Positions 25,979 through 36,254 of a DNA stretch of 64,000 bases are shown one piece after another. Origin of the DNA: an uncultured virus (IMG/VR IMGVR_UViG_3300013004_000031) (lineage: Duplodnaviria > Heunggongvirae > Uroviricota > Caudoviricetes); IMG/VR virus record IMGVR_UViG_3300013004_000031, positions 1-64,000 of that record. One strand, given 5' to 3'. The position numbers and the translations under genes are program-made. The number at the start of each line of letters is the position of its first letter. The first letter of the stretch is position 1. The notes beneath the pieces were generated by a model. The model did not search any database. It was given only the letters and a program-made list of their open reading frames with translations, and was not told the DNA's origin.

Positions 25979-28486
25979 TTATTCTCCAAACAAGTCATCC
26001 AATTCTACGGTTAAGTTTTCGCTGGGTTTTCTCAATTTCCAACCCACTGCCCTATAAAATCTCTCAATCGCTGCATAAAACACTTTACTAAACATCTTTT
26101 CAAAGTCAACTGTGAAGATGTTATCAAATTCTTCTGGCCAGTCCCCCTTGAATCCGATCATATCCAGATTGTATTTGTTGGGTTTCTTAACATATACCAT
26201 GCGAACCTTGTCTCCCGACTTGAATTTCTCATATTTGGAACCCCATCCGTTCTGTTCCATGATCATGTCGTGAAAATAAGCGGCTTTCAGATGGGATGGC
26301 ATACCTTTCACAGTGTTCATACCATTACACCTTGAGGAATATTCTGCAAAATTGTTCATACTGGAAATCTTGGAAATCTCCGCAATGGATAGATTCTTGA
26401 ATTCCTCATAAGCCTCGTTGAACATATCATTGGTTTCCTTCAAAGATTGAGACGTTATCATATGTTCAATAACTTTCTTAACATAAGGCTTAACCTTCTT
26501 GGGCATCGTTGTTTTCACAACATCAACTCCCCGATACTTGAACTTGTCCACCTTGGTTCCCTCATCATCCAAAACATGAAGGACATAATATTTCTTACCG
26601 ATGAAGATTCCGCTATCACAAATGGTTTCCCGCTTGAACACAAAACGTGGATCAGTGCTTCTCAGGGCTTTTCTTGCCCATTCTGTTATATTTATATTAA
26701 TATAATCCTCAATATCATCACACAGCTTATAAAATTCATCGGATGCGGTTTCTAGCCCAAATTGTTTTAAAGATAAAAATATACTGTCCGTATCACCGTA
26801 AACACAACTTTGTTGTAATAAGGATTCTGACAAATCCGGTAGATTTTCTCTTACATAATCCTGAAACAGATCATTGCTCTTCTTGATTACCGCTTGTCCA
26901 GTCAATGTAACCGATGTTCCAATATCCTCATCTCCAAGGGGAGCATATTTGTTGAGCATATAACCATACAGGGAATTGAGATGGATTTTGTAAGCGTATT
27001 GGATGCTATCGAATTTCTGCTCCCCTTCTTTATCCCCGTTCTTACGGCATTCCATCATCTTGTTTTTCATCTCTTTACGTTTAGTGTAAAGATTATCTAA
27101 GAATTCAGGAACCAGTCCGCGTTTCTTTTGGGAAAATAGAAATCCAGCCTTGGTTAAAGCCGCTTGTTCCTCATCAATGAATTTCTTGAAGTTCTCAGGT
27201 GTCATCTCAAATAACCTACCAGAAACATGATGGATTTTTACCTTATCCCCATCCTTCTCCACCCTCCCAATCTTCGTTTCAGGAGAGAGATTCAAGGAAA
27301 TCATCACCGATGGATACAGGGAATTGGCATCAAAGGATACGATGTTCTCCGCAAACCCAATTTTTGGTTCTGCCACATAGCCACCGGGAGCGCGGAAATC
27401 CGTCACGGGACGAATGAACGTGGGAATGTATTCCCCCCGCATACGGGCGCGTATGGCAATTGCTCCGTTCATTGCTGGAAGTGTTCTGATTGCGCTTTCC
27501 AGATCACATAATCCGGTGTATGCAAGGAATCGGATGAGATTGATATATCCCTTTTTTTGATCTAACCCCACAACGATTTCCACATCGCGTATATTGTAAT
27601 CAGTGTAGGTATTCCAATCATTCTTTGCGAGTTCCCAGAGATTGCCTTCGTGAGCTACCTTATTAATCCCCAATTCAACTTCCCCGATGTTATCCAGCTT
27701 ATACGATTCCTGTTTCTCCAGATTGAACTTCTGATAAATCACATAATAATCAAGGATTGACAATCCTTCGACCACATATTCCTTGGATGGCATTCCAAAT
27801 TTACCGTTTGGATTGGTCTTTTCATAAATTCTACCTGTTGGGGACAGCTTATCAGCCCATTCCTTCCCCAATTGAAAGGTGATTCGATTTACAAGATATG
27901 GAACGTCGAATGCTGCTATGTTCCAACCACTTAAAACATCGAAACCTTCCTTTTGAAATAATTTGATGAATGATTTAAGCAACTCCTCTTCGGATTTGCA
28001 CCAATAATATTTCACATCATCTCTCGTGGTGTGAAAATTCTTCAATCCAAATACATGATACATCTTGGATTCAGAATTATAGATCGTGATCAGATTGATT
28101 ATCGATTCAGCTAATTCCGGTTCGGGAAAATGTGAGGAATTCGGGCATTCCAAATCAAAATAAGCCACCTTCAAAGGATGTTGGGAGAAATTATCATCCT
28201 CACAAACAGACCAATAATTATCAATCAGGAATTGCTGATATGGTGGCAAATTCTCATAAATCCGCTTAATATTACTATCTTTTACGAAATTATTCCTGTC
28301 GTATCCACTGGCAAATTCGCGTTTCGTGAGAGATGTCCCATATATGGACTTCTCCGTTCCCTTCTTGTCTTCCAAAAGGATGTAGGGCTTGAAATCATGT
28401 TCTTCGCGGATGCGCTCCCCATTCTCATTCCATGAAAAAAGTGTGATCTTTCTTTCCCGATTGTTGTAAACACAGTTCCTATACAC
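25979..28486 (-). CDS. 43: Family B DNA polymerase (T4 gp43-like)
   Basis: Exonuclease FDLE, GWN..FD and YNIRD; polymerase SFDANSLYPS, KIHLNSLYG, YGDTDS and KKYY. No intein or intron is apparent. Confidence 0.97.
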   Translation of the reverse strand: MYRNCVYNNRERKITLFSWNENGERIREEHDFKPYILLEDKKGTEKSIYGTSLTKREFASGYDRNNFVKDSNIKRIYENLPPYQQFLIDNYWSVCEDDNFSQHPLKVAYFDLECPNSSHFPEPELAESIINLITIYNSESKMYHVFGLKNFHTTRDDVKYYWCKSEEELLKSFIKLFQKEGFDVLSGWNIAAFDVPYLVNRITFQLGKEWADKLSPTGRIYEKTNPNGKFGMPSKEYVVEGLSILDYYVIYQKFNLEKQESYKLDNIGEVELGINKVAHEGNLWELAKNDWNTYTDYNIRDVEIVVGLDQKKGYINLIRFLAYTGLCDLESAIRTLPAMNGAIAIRARMRGEYIPTFIRPVTDFRAPGGYVAEPKIGFAENIVSFDANSLYPSVMISLNLSPETKIGRVEKDGDKVKIHHVSGRLFEMTPENFKKFIDEEQAALTKAGFLFSQKKRGLVPEFLDNLYTKRKEMKNKMMECRKNGDKEGEQKFDSIQYAYKIHLNSLYGYMLNKYAPLGDEDIGTSVTLTGQAVIKKSNDLFQDYVRENLPDLSESLLQQSCVYGDTDSIFLSLKQFGLETASDEFYKLCDDIEDYININITEWARKALRSTDPRFVFKRETICDSGIFIGKKYYVLHVLDDEGTKVDKFKYRGVDVVKTTMPKKVKPYVKKVIEHMITSQSLKETNDMFNEAYEEFKNLSIAEISKISSMNNFAEYSSRCNGMNTVKGMPSHLKAAYFHDMIMEQNGWGSKYEKFKSGDKVRMVYVKKPNKYNLDMIGFKGDWPEEFDNIFTVDFEKMFSKVFYAAIERFYRAVGWKLRKPSENLTVELDDLFGE

Positions 28487-28492
28487 ATCAAC

Positions 28493-28520
28493 AGATTACC
28501 ACAGGTTCTTTCTAAGTCAA
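28493..28520 (-). promoter_or_regulatory. Sigma70-like promoter of the DNA polymerase gene
   Basis: TTGACT-16 nt (ending TGG)-TAATCT, then 6 nt to the GTG. Confidence 0.6.
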
Positions 28521-29180
28521 TCACTTGGTAGCAACCAATAAATCATATCCCCTTGCACTGTTTGTATTGGGATCGACAAAAATGTTCGGGAAGTCCTTGC
28601 TGATATGTCGTTTCAGCAATGTTTTATAGAAATTCATCCGTCTTGGATTGTTCTTATCAACTCTCATCATGATACCAACCAACTTGTCCGCGAATCCACC
28701 TTGAACACTGTGGATGAATGATTGTTTCAACATCTCAAACAATTCCAAGGCATGGATTCCCACATTTCCAGTGTCATCATGTCGCCCACTGGAATCCTTG
28801 AACTCAACCATCATCACATATTCTCCATCTTGGATATTTAAAAATGGTTCATATCCTGAAACAATTTCCATCTGATTCTTGTGTTCCGCTTCAAGGGAAG
28901 CTTTGTTTGAAATATCGCGGATACGCTTGGCATTGTTGTAGCTCAAAGTTACTTGGAATTTCTGACCATTTTTCAATTCAATCTCATACGCATCAAAAAC
29001 GCCGTCATCAAACGGTTCTTTGTCTTTGATTTTCTCAAATGATTCCAGAAGGAATAAATCATTGTGGGGGATAGATTCAAATATCCCGTCCCATCCAAAA
29101 TCGGGTTCATCAATCAGAACGATATCGCCAAATCTGATAGACTCGTAAATAATTCCCAAAATTTTATCATCTTTTTTCAT
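28521..29180 (-). CDS. Hypothetical protein, candidate virion-internal protein
   Basis: N-terminus MKKDDKILGIIYES, plus IFES and LLES motifs. Confidence 0.65.
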   Translation of the reverse strand: MKKDDKILGIIYESIRFGDIVLIDEPDFGWDGIFESIPHNDLFLLESFEKIKDKEPFDDGVFDAYEIELKNGQKFQVTLSYNNAKRIRDISNKASLEAEHKNQMEIVSGYEPFLNIQDGEYVMMVEFKDSSGRHDDTGNVGIHALELFEMLKQSFIHSVQGGFADKLVGIMMRVDKNNPRRMNFYKTLLKRHISKDFPNIFVDPNTNSARGYDLLVATK

Positions 29181-29182
29181 AA

Positions 29183-30373
29183 TTAATCATTCCAATATTT
29201 CATGAACCTACGGGATGGATCACCCCATGCTGTATTAAGTGGCTCCAAGAATGCCCCGATATTCTCCGGTCTTTCAAGGAATCTGCTTTCCCCAAGCTTT
29301 CTAAGCTCTGGAACCAGCTTGTAATATTTGGAACGGTTCTTGTAATTTAGAATCGTTTCCACCTTCTGTTCCAAATCGGTAGAATCTGTGAATTTAAGGA
29401 AATCGGGAGCATCCTCATACGTCACCATATCCTGCACCATGCAAGGAATACCCAAACAAGCTCCCTCGATGTATTTGATATCGGATTTTGATCTGTTGAA
29501 TGGTATGTCCTTCAAGGGCGCAAGAAGCAATTGGGGATTCAAAGAAGCGATGAATTTAGGGTAATCCATCAAAGATTGCCAAGGGTGGAATTCAATCTCC
29601 TTGTTATTAACATAAGGATGAAGGGGAGGGGGATAAGCACCAATGAAAATAAACTGATACTTGTGGCGATTATCAATGATGAATTTCAGAACATGGGAGA
29701 AATCATCCTGTTGTCCCGTGACATTCTTCACATCAAAGTGCGCTCCCGATCCTGAATAAAGGATGCGTGGTTTCTTTTTATTTCTATCAAAATTCTGGAT
29801 GACCTTACCATAATTATAGTGATGTCCAATCCACCATTCGGGGGGGAAATTGGGGACTACTGAAGTCTTCTGTTGTCCCGTCTTCTCGATGAAAAGATCA
29901 CGCATGTATTTACATGTCACTGTCACCTCATCCGCCATGTTCATCATGTCCACACAGTTCTGACGAATCTCATCGGAAGCAAATGCATGTTTATATGAAT
30001 TATAATCAGGAATCTCTTCGTGGAATACCACATCATCCACCTCATAGACAATCTTAAATCCGCATTCGGGTTGGATGCTCTTGAGGAATTTGAAGAACTC
30101 CTTCTGTTGAGTGGAACACTGACGTTGCAGCTTGATGGTTTTTACATCCTGATACCAATCCTTGTTGAGAACCATTTTGGTGATTGTGGTGGAGTCTCCC
30201 AATCCGCACATATTGATGTGATTCTCACTCCATCCTATACGATATTGACCACAACCTCCCCTGTCGGCGGCAAAGTTTAGATAAGTATTACCCCTTTTAG
30301 GGGGTTCTTGAGTGGGGGTTTTTACCGAATAGGGATTCTTAGGAAAAGGACTGCTGAATGGCTGAACAAACAT
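29183..30373 (-). CDS. GT-B (GT4-like) glycosyltransferase
   Basis: GCGQYR, LQRQ, YEVDD, VVPN and LAPL...FNRSKSDIKYIE...GIP. Confidence 0.8.
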   Translation of the reverse strand: MFVQPFSSPFPKNPYSVKTPTQEPPKRGNTYLNFAADRGGCGQYRIGWSENHINMCGLGDSTTITKMVLNKDWYQDVKTIKLQRQCSTQQKEFFKFLKSIQPECGFKIVYEVDDVVFHEEIPDYNSYKHAFASDEIRQNCVDMMNMADEVTVTCKYMRDLFIEKTGQQKTSVVPNFPPEWWIGHHYNYGKVIQNFDRNKKKPRILYSGSGAHFDVKNVTGQQDDFSHVLKFIIDNRHKYQFIFIGAYPPPLHPYVNNKEIEFHPWQSLMDYPKFIASLNPQLLLAPLKDIPFNRSKSDIKYIEGACLGIPCMVQDMVTYEDAPDFLKFTDSTDLEQKVETILNYKNRSKYYKLVPELRKLGESRFLERPENIGAFLEPLNTAWGDPSRRFMKYWND

Positions 30374-30402
30374 GTAGAGATTTATCCATATTTATACATT
30401 TG

Positions 30403-31275
30403 TCAATTGTTTATTCTTCTAGTAATCCCACCTTCTTTTTCAAGTTCAATAATTGATCCCGTGACTTGTTTCAATATTTCCTTTCTATGGGAAATTGCAT
30501 AAACAGCCAAATCGTTCTTTTCAATTCTTTTTTTGACGAGTTCTACCAATAAATCAAACCCCCTCTCATCAAACGCCGCGTCAAAAACCTCATCTATCCA
30601 TTCCACGTTAGATGACACTCCTGAAATCTTCCTTTTCAAATCCTTGAATGCCCATGCACACGCGAGATCGACAGTTCTGCGTTCTCCACCGCTCAGATTC
30701 CAGTAAGAAATTTCCTTGCCCTTGTCATTGGAAAGCTGTTCATCAAAGTATTCATCGAATTTACAACGAATGGACATACCAAGATCATTAATATATTGCT
30801 GGATACTTGCGTTCATCATGGAAAGGAGTCTCTTCACCACAAAGCTACGGACACCTTCTTCTCCCAGAACGAATTTACACACCTCATAATCTTCCGATTT
30901 CTGCTTGAGCAATAGGAAATTATCACGTTCCGTGTCATATCTCTCCTGCGTCTTGATGATATTCTCCTCAAAAGCTGGTTTGGGTAATTCATCCAACTTC
31001 AAATTATCCAGAGATTCCTTGTATTGTTTGAGACTAATTTCCAGACCTTCCAATTTCTGCTTGGTGACTTTAGCTTCGTTGATTTGGTCTTGAAATTCAG
31101 CTACCTTTTGTTGAACCTTTTCTTTTTTGGAATGAAATTGGGATTTATCTTCCTTCAATTTATCAATTTCCTCAACAATATTATCCAATTCGGATTGATA
31201 TTGCTCCTTCATTTTCTCCAGATGTTCCACATGTGTATGGGGAATTTCTTGAAGGCACTTGTCACATTTAATCAT
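30403..31275 (-). CDS. 46: gp46/Rad50-like ATPase, C-terminal half (zinc hook, signature, Walker B)
   Basis: Starts MIKCDKC; coiled coil; LSGGE, IDEVFD and ISH. Confidence 0.9.
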   Translation of the reverse strand: MIKCDKCLQEIPHTHVEHLEKMKEQYQSELDNIVEEIDKLKEDKSQFHSKKEKVQQKVAEFQDQINEAKVTKQKLEGLEISLKQYKESLDNLKLDELPKPAFEENIIKTQERYDTERDNFLLLKQKSEDYEVCKFVLGEEGVRSFVVKRLLSMMNASIQQYINDLGMSIRCKFDEYFDEQLSNDKGKEISYWNLSGGERRTVDLACAWAFKDLKRKISGVSSNVEWIDEVFDAAFDERGFDLLVELVKKRIEKNDLAVYAISHRKEILKQVTGSIIELEKEGGITRRINN

Positions 31276-31576
31276 TTTTCAAAATTTCGTTTAAATCTTT
31301 TCTCTCCGTTTTGCATATAGCAAAAACACGATCAATCATTCTATTAGCGTTAGGTAACAATTTATAGGTTTTAAATTTATTCAACAAATCATATAATTTA
31401 GACATTCTAATATAATCACCATCAGATTTTTCATTATCTAAAACATTTAGAAAATCTTCAATAGATGTCAACTTACCCCAATCCAATGAATAAGGAATTT
31501 GTGTAAAATGAGATTGATGGTTTATCCAGTGTTCAACCCTACTTTTTTCAATAACGAATATTGGTTGTTTTTTCAT
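31268..31576 (-). CDS. 102-aa hypothetical ORF inserted between the two gp46 halves
   Basis: Start and stop overlap both halves; AT-rich; different reading frame. Confidence 0.7.
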   Translation of the reverse strand: MKKQPIFVIEKSRVEHWINHQSHFTQIPYSLDWGKLTSIEDFLNVLDNEKSDGDYIRMSKLYDLLNKFKTYKLLPNANRMIDRVFAICKTERKDLNEILKND

Positions 31577-32490
31577 ATCACTTTCTCAATTTGTTCAATT
31601 TCTTTCACCTTCAGCTTCCTCAAAGTCTCCTTGGAAGAGATTTCGTTATTCACATGACCGATCTTTCCATCCAGCTTTCTCCAAGCATCATCCCACTTCT
31701 CTTTCTCCGTTTGGATGGTAGAAATATCCATAATAGATGTTTTAGCAATCTTTTCAGATGTTTCATCAATCTTTTCCTGAATTTCTTTGCGCTTTTGATC
31801 AAGAATCGCTTCCCGCTCTTGGACTTTCTTCAAATAATCTTCTTGCTGCTTGTTTAGGGTTTCCAATGTGTTATTGATTTCTTCCAACTTGGCAGAAGAA
31901 ATGTTCATCTCCCCTTTATTATCACGAATCAAAGTCTTCAATTCGTTGCTCATCTTACCAAAGACTTCCAGAGAGAAAATGTCATTGATGAACTTGCGCT
32001 TCTCTTCAGGTTTCTTTGCCATGAATGGGATGTTATCCGAAAGAGATAAAATATCACAACTACGACAAATCACAGGATTGGAACCGATCAAATCACAGAT
32101 GAATTTGTCGGTGTTGGCAATGGAATCCTTGGTGATGTCTTCCTCGCATCTCAGAAGCGTCACAGTGCTTGGTTTGACTTGCCGCTTTATCGTGTATGTC
32201 TGAACGTCTTGCTCCGTCTCTACGTCGAACGTAAGCTCAATGGCACCCTTTCCTTTGGTGATGTTGTTGATGATGAAATCCTTTTTAATTTCACGGATGG
32301 TTTTACCGAATAATGCGAAATAGAAAAGTTCGGCCATAACTGATTTTCCAATACCGTTCACACGATCTGGATTATCAATATTCCTACCAGTGATCAGATT
32401 AAATCCTGATTGGAAGTCAACCGATATTTGGTCATTTCCCACACTGAGGAAATTTTGACCTTTTAAATTTTTATAAATTATTCGTCTCAT
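31573..32490 (-). CDS. 46: gp46/Rad50-like ATPase, N-terminal half
   Basis: NFLSVG, Walker A NGIGKS, ALFGK and a coiled coil; ends just before the hook. Confidence 0.9.
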   Translation of the reverse strand: MRRIIYKNLKGQNFLSVGNDQISVDFQSGFNLITGRNIDNPDRVNGIGKSVMAELFYFALFGKTIREIKKDFIINNITKGKGAIELTFDVETEQDVQTYTIKRQVKPSTVTLLRCEEDITKDSIANTDKFICDLIGSNPVICRSCDILSLSDNIPFMAKKPEEKRKFINDIFSLEVFGKMSNELKTLIRDNKGEMNISSAKLEEINNTLETLNKQQEDYLKKVQEREAILDQKRKEIQEKIDETSEKIAKTSIMDISTIQTEKEKWDDAWRKLDGKIGHVNNEISSKETLRKLKVKEIEQIEKVI

Positions 32491-32499
32491 ATTATTTTA

Positions 32500-32700
32500 T
32501 CATCCGCATTGTTTCATTTTTTGGATAACTTCTTTATCAATCTCTTCTTGAATAATATCACGAAATATTTGCATTTCAATTGAATTGAACGCTTCATCAT
32601 ATTCTTCCTGTGTGTAATCCTTATACCACCTACCAGTGTGGTCTTCATACACCCGAATATAACCATCCTTTACGGGAAATTCCTCATCTACACTTTTCAT
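32500..32700 (-). CDS. Hypothetical protein
   Basis: Small ORF between gp47 and gp46. Confidence 0.55.
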   Translation of the reverse strand: MKSVDEEFPVKDGYIRVYEDHTGRWYKDYTQEEYDEAFNSIEMQIFRDIIQEEIDKEVIQKMKQCG

Positions 32701-33703
32701 ACAATTCGTCGTTGATTTTTTTAACTCTTACCAATTTATCTGGTTCTAAATTCAATTGTTCATAGAACTCGTCAAACATTCCCACAATATCAATGGAATC
32801 CACCTGTTCAACATCCCCGATTGTCTTGGTTGCCACGTTGTATTCCGTTGTGAGGCGGAATGGAGCAAAGTTGGACAGGTAAATCTTTAACTTCTCCACC
32901 TTATCATCATCCATCTCCTTGTCAATGATCAGCTTTACGATGTTTCCTTCCACATCCTCCGCTTTGTAGTCCTTAATCTTGGACAGGGGAATTTTGATAA
33001 ATTCTGGAGACACCGTATTCTTCACGAATTCCACCGAATCATCTTCCAGATTCAGAATGTGATAGCCCTTATCATCTCCGCAATCGTTGAAATCGTGGGG
33101 AAAGGTATTGCCAATATAGCGGATTGTTCCCTCATTGTATTTCTTGATACTCTTAGTATGGAAATGACCAGACCAAACGTTGGTTGTTCGGGATGCTAGG
33201 AAATCCATAACTTGGAATCCATGATCACAAACCTTGTAATTGTTCATCTGAAATGATTGAATTTCAAAGTGTCCAAAGATGTGATCAAATTTACCTTCCG
33301 GCAATTCATGGTTCCATGGAACGAATAGCAATTTCTTACCAAACGCATCAAATTCCAAATTCTGGTCAATGATGGTGATGTTATCATGACCCTTGAGGAA
33401 TCCCAAGCTATGGACATCGGAACGGTTCTTGTAGAACGCATCGTGGTTGCCAATCACCATAAAGAGGTTGAAATTCTTGAATTTGGCGATCAATTCGGAT
33501 GCAACGTGAATTGTCTGAACGGAAATCTCCGAACGGTTGTGGAAGAAATCACCAAGGAAAAAGATGTCTGAAATCTTCTTTTTCTTTAAATCAGCGACGA
33601 TCCAATCAGCCCATTTTAAGGCTATCTCATGCCACTCCGTCGAATTTCCATATAGACCCAAATGAAGGTCTGAAAATAATGCTACTTTATTTTTCTTTAT
33701 CAT
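32684..33703 (-). CDS. 47: gp47/Mre11-like nuclease
   Basis: SDLHLG, GDFFH, GNHD, GHF and SGHFH; start re-assigned to MIKK. Confidence 0.93.
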   Translation of the reverse strand: MIKKNKVALFSDLHLGLYGNSTEWHEIALKWADWIVADLKKKKISDIFFLGDFFHNRSEISVQTIHVASELIAKFKNFNLFMVIGNHDAFYKNRSDVHSLGFLKGHDNITIIDQNLEFDAFGKKLLFVPWNHELPEGKFDHIFGHFEIQSFQMNNYKVCDHGFQVMDFLASRTTNVWSGHFHTKSIKKYNEGTIRYIGNTFPHDFNDCGDDKGYHILNLEDDSVEFVKNTVSPEFIKIPLSKIKDYKAEDVEGNIVKLIIDKEMDDDKVEKLKIYLSNFAPFRLTTEYNVATKTIGDVEQVDSIDIVGMFDEFYEQLNLEPDKLVRVKKINDELYEKCR

Positions 33704-33974
33704 ATTCTTTTGCTGTTTCATTAAGCACATCTCCAATATTTCGGAAAAAACTTTCAATGTGGTAGTTATCTCTCCACATCATATCTCGTCCAAAAGACGG
33801 TGTATATTGATCAATAATTTTAGCAGATTTCTGCTGAACCCTGTCGAGATAATCCTTTCTCACTTCGTTCAATAATTCATCCTTGTCGTATTCTGATCGA
33901 ATCAATCCTTCCACTTTTTCAATCAACAATCTCTGATCAAGAGATGCTTGCGATTTAATTTGTTGTAAGTTCAT
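33687..33974 (-). CDS. Hypothetical protein
   Basis: Coupled ORF between gp55 and gp47. Confidence 0.55.
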   Translation of the reverse strand: MNLQQIKSQASLDQRLLIEKVEGLIRSEYDKDELLNEVRKDYLDRVQQKSAKIIDQYTPSFGRDMMWRDNYHIESFFRNIGDVLNETAKEYDKEK

Positions 33975-33975
33975 G

Positions 33976-34425
33976 CTATTCGTCATCATACTCATCTCCC
34001 TCCAAATTCGGTTTCACATATACATGTCCCATGGAATCCGGCCCACTCATGCTTTCCATATACACCATCTCCTTGTAATCCTCCAGACCCTTGTGTTGAC
34101 CGTTTTCCTTCTTGATGCGGTTACAGAAAGCGTTCCAAGCAATGCGGTTGAAATAGGAAAATGGGTTGTATTCCGATTCGATGTTATAGAGCTTCTTTTC
34201 CAAAGCTGCATACATTTTCAACACCGCATCCCCGACCATTTCCTGTTTCCAAGACTTGGAATAACGGATGAAATTGATCTTGTATGACAATCCCTCCGCA
34301 ATATTCATCAAATGGACACCCAATTCATCCAAATTCTCCCCCGTTTCATAATACTCAACCAATTGCTGTTTGAAGAGCTTGGAATTGACATAATGGGGTT
34401 TCTTAGCGTTTTTGTTTTCCGTCAT
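33976..34425 (-). CDS. 55: Late-transcription sigma factor (T4 gp55-like)
   Basis: HYVN, IAEGLSYK.NF..Y, EMVGDA and NPFSYF..IAWNAF..RIKKE. Confidence 0.93.
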   Translation of the reverse strand: MTENKNAKKPHYVNSKLFKQQLVEYYETGENLDELGVHLMNIAEGLSYKINFIRYSKSWKQEMVGDAVLKMYAALEKKLYNIESEYNPFSYFNRIAWNAFCNRIKKENGQHKGLEDYKEMVYMESMSGPDSMGHVYVKPNLEGDEYDDE

Positions 34426-35840
34426 ATATTAATAGCAATTTCTTTAGATCGCCACACGATCTGTTCCTTATCATAAATCTCCTGCCTATGTAACGCATGG
34501 GAATAAGAATACTTTAAATTATCTGATACATCAATGATGCGGAGCTTGGATTTGTTATCATGCAACCGGAGTCCCCGACCAATGGATTGCACGACCCGAA
34601 TGAATGATTTACCAAGTCCCGCAAATATGATATTTGGGAGATTCTTGATATTAATACCAGTTGAAAAAATGGATGCCATTGCAATACAAATGATATTATC
34701 ATTCTTTTCCATCATGTCAATTATTTTCTTTCTTTCTTCGACTTCCATTTCCCCCTTAACAAAGAACACTCTCTTATCAGATCGGGAACGCACAATATGT
34801 AATAACTGATCCCCATGATCAAGGTGATTAACCATGATAAGGGTATTACCAATAAGTGCATCAGATAATTTAGCGATGATTTGATTTCTTTTTTCGTGTT
34901 TGTATAGATATTCCAGTTCATCTTTATATTTAAATTTTTTGGTTTTTGGGTGATTGAGTTGTAGAGACGTAATTTCCACATCAGAAATATATCCCTCATC
35001 CCTAAGTTCTTTGGATTTCTTCTCATATATCACGGAGCCAAATGTTCCAATTGTCTTCCATTGATCAATGGGCTTATCAGAAAGGGTTCCCGTGAAACCG
35101 AATTTATTGGGAGTGTGGATTTTGTTTATGATTTTGGAAATCTGATTATCGGCTGAAATTTTATGACATTCATCGGTTATGAGCAGATTTACGCTCAAAA
35201 TCCATGGATTGTCGGTAAATTGAGAAAGAAGGTTCTCAGAATTGCATATCACAACTTGGGTATCCTGCGGTTCCGTCCCTCCTGTCCATCCTGAATACGT
35301 GAATGTCACGCCATAATCTTCAAAATCACCCTGTAATTGGTTCACAAGAGATAGACCGGGGACTACTATGAGACATTTGAATGTATCATTTGATACGTTT
35401 CTCGTATAATTTTCTATGAGAAGTGCCTGTGCCAGAGATTTTCCGGCAGATGTCGCAAGTAGAAACGTCCCAAATCCTTTTTTCAGACCAGCAATCACTG
35501 AATCCTTCTGATAATATCGGGCATCGTATTTCAAATCATCCCAAAATTCCTCAATCACCACCCCGCACTTCAATCTCTTCTTGAAATCATCAGTTAGGGA
35601 TATATCGGTGATCTGGTTATCCCTGAGATATTTCAGAATCTCCCCATGGAATCCAAAATCAAACAAACCAGATGGTGTGATGGCATACTTGCGATCCTTG
35701 ACGAACCGATGTCCTTTCTTCTTGGCGAAGAATGCCCCATCATTCTTGGCGGAAAAATGATTACGAATCATCCCAAGGGTGTCAGAATCGGTGATGATCT
35801 GCCCCTGCCTTTTGGATGGTTTGTAGTCAAGGGTTATCAT
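34422..35840 (-). CDS. uvsW: UvsW helicase
   Basis: ATSAGKS, DECH, GFTGT, FSTGINI and QSIGRGLR. Confidence 0.95.
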   Translation of the reverse strand: MITLDYKPSKRQGQIITDSDTLGMIRNHFSAKNDGAFFAKKKGHRFVKDRKYAITPSGLFDFGFHGEILKYLRDNQITDISLTDDFKKRLKCGVVIEEFWDDLKYDARYYQKDSVIAGLKKGFGTFLLATSAGKSLAQALLIENYTRNVSNDTFKCLIVVPGLSLVNQLQGDFEDYGVTFTYSGWTGGTEPQDTQVVICNSENLLSQFTDNPWILSVNLLITDECHKISADNQISKIINKIHTPNKFGFTGTLSDKPIDQWKTIGTFGSVIYEKKSKELRDEGYISDVEITSLQLNHPKTKKFKYKDELEYLYKHEKRNQIIAKLSDALIGNTLIMVNHLDHGDQLLHIVRSRSDKRVFFVKGEMEVEERKKIIDMMEKNDNIICIAMASIFSTGINIKNLPNIIFAGLGKSFIRVVQSIGRGLRLHDNKSKLRIIDVSDNLKYSYSHALHRQEIYDKEQIVWRSKEIAINI

Positions 35841-36239
35841 TTAAGATTCTTGGAGAGTCTTGATACTGATTATATTTTTAATATCTTGGGAAATGAAAGT
35901 GATCAGACTCACCACCCTATCGAGATATTCCACCAGATACTCTTGTTCCTTGATCTTCTGGTTGATGTTCTCCAGCGATGGGGTCTTGTCCAGATCGTCC
36001 ATCACTTGCTTGTTGAGAGCCACTGGAGACTCCTCCATCAGCTTCTTCTGAAGTGTGTGCTTGGTGGATGCCTTGAGCTTGTAGAGATTGTCCTTTTCGA
36101 TCTTCGCATCGATTAGACGGCATACCCAGAAATGTTTCTCTGCGGGAACTCTCTTAGTGACACCCTCCAGCGTGAAGTCGTCAATTTTAACGAACTCTTC
36201 GAATTGTGTTTGGTATTTTTTAATCAACTCAAGCGACAT
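35841..36239 (-). CDS. uvsY: UvsY recombination mediator
   Basis: Size, adjacency to uvsW, KID...KH.W and VEYL......DIKNII. Confidence 0.75.
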   Translation of the reverse strand: MSLELIKKYQTQFEEFVKIDDFTLEGVTKRVPAEKHFWVCRLIDAKIEKDNLYKLKASTKHTLQKKLMEESPVALNKQVMDDLDKTPSLENINQKIKEQEYLVEYLDRVVSLITFISQDIKNIISIKTLQES

Positions 36240-36254
36240 ATATTAAATAGTAAC

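Noticed and set aside
31268..31576. gp46 insert as an intron, intein or homing endonuclease
   Set aside because: No splice-junction residues, intron structure or nuclease motifs were recognised; it looks like an ordinary coupled ORF.
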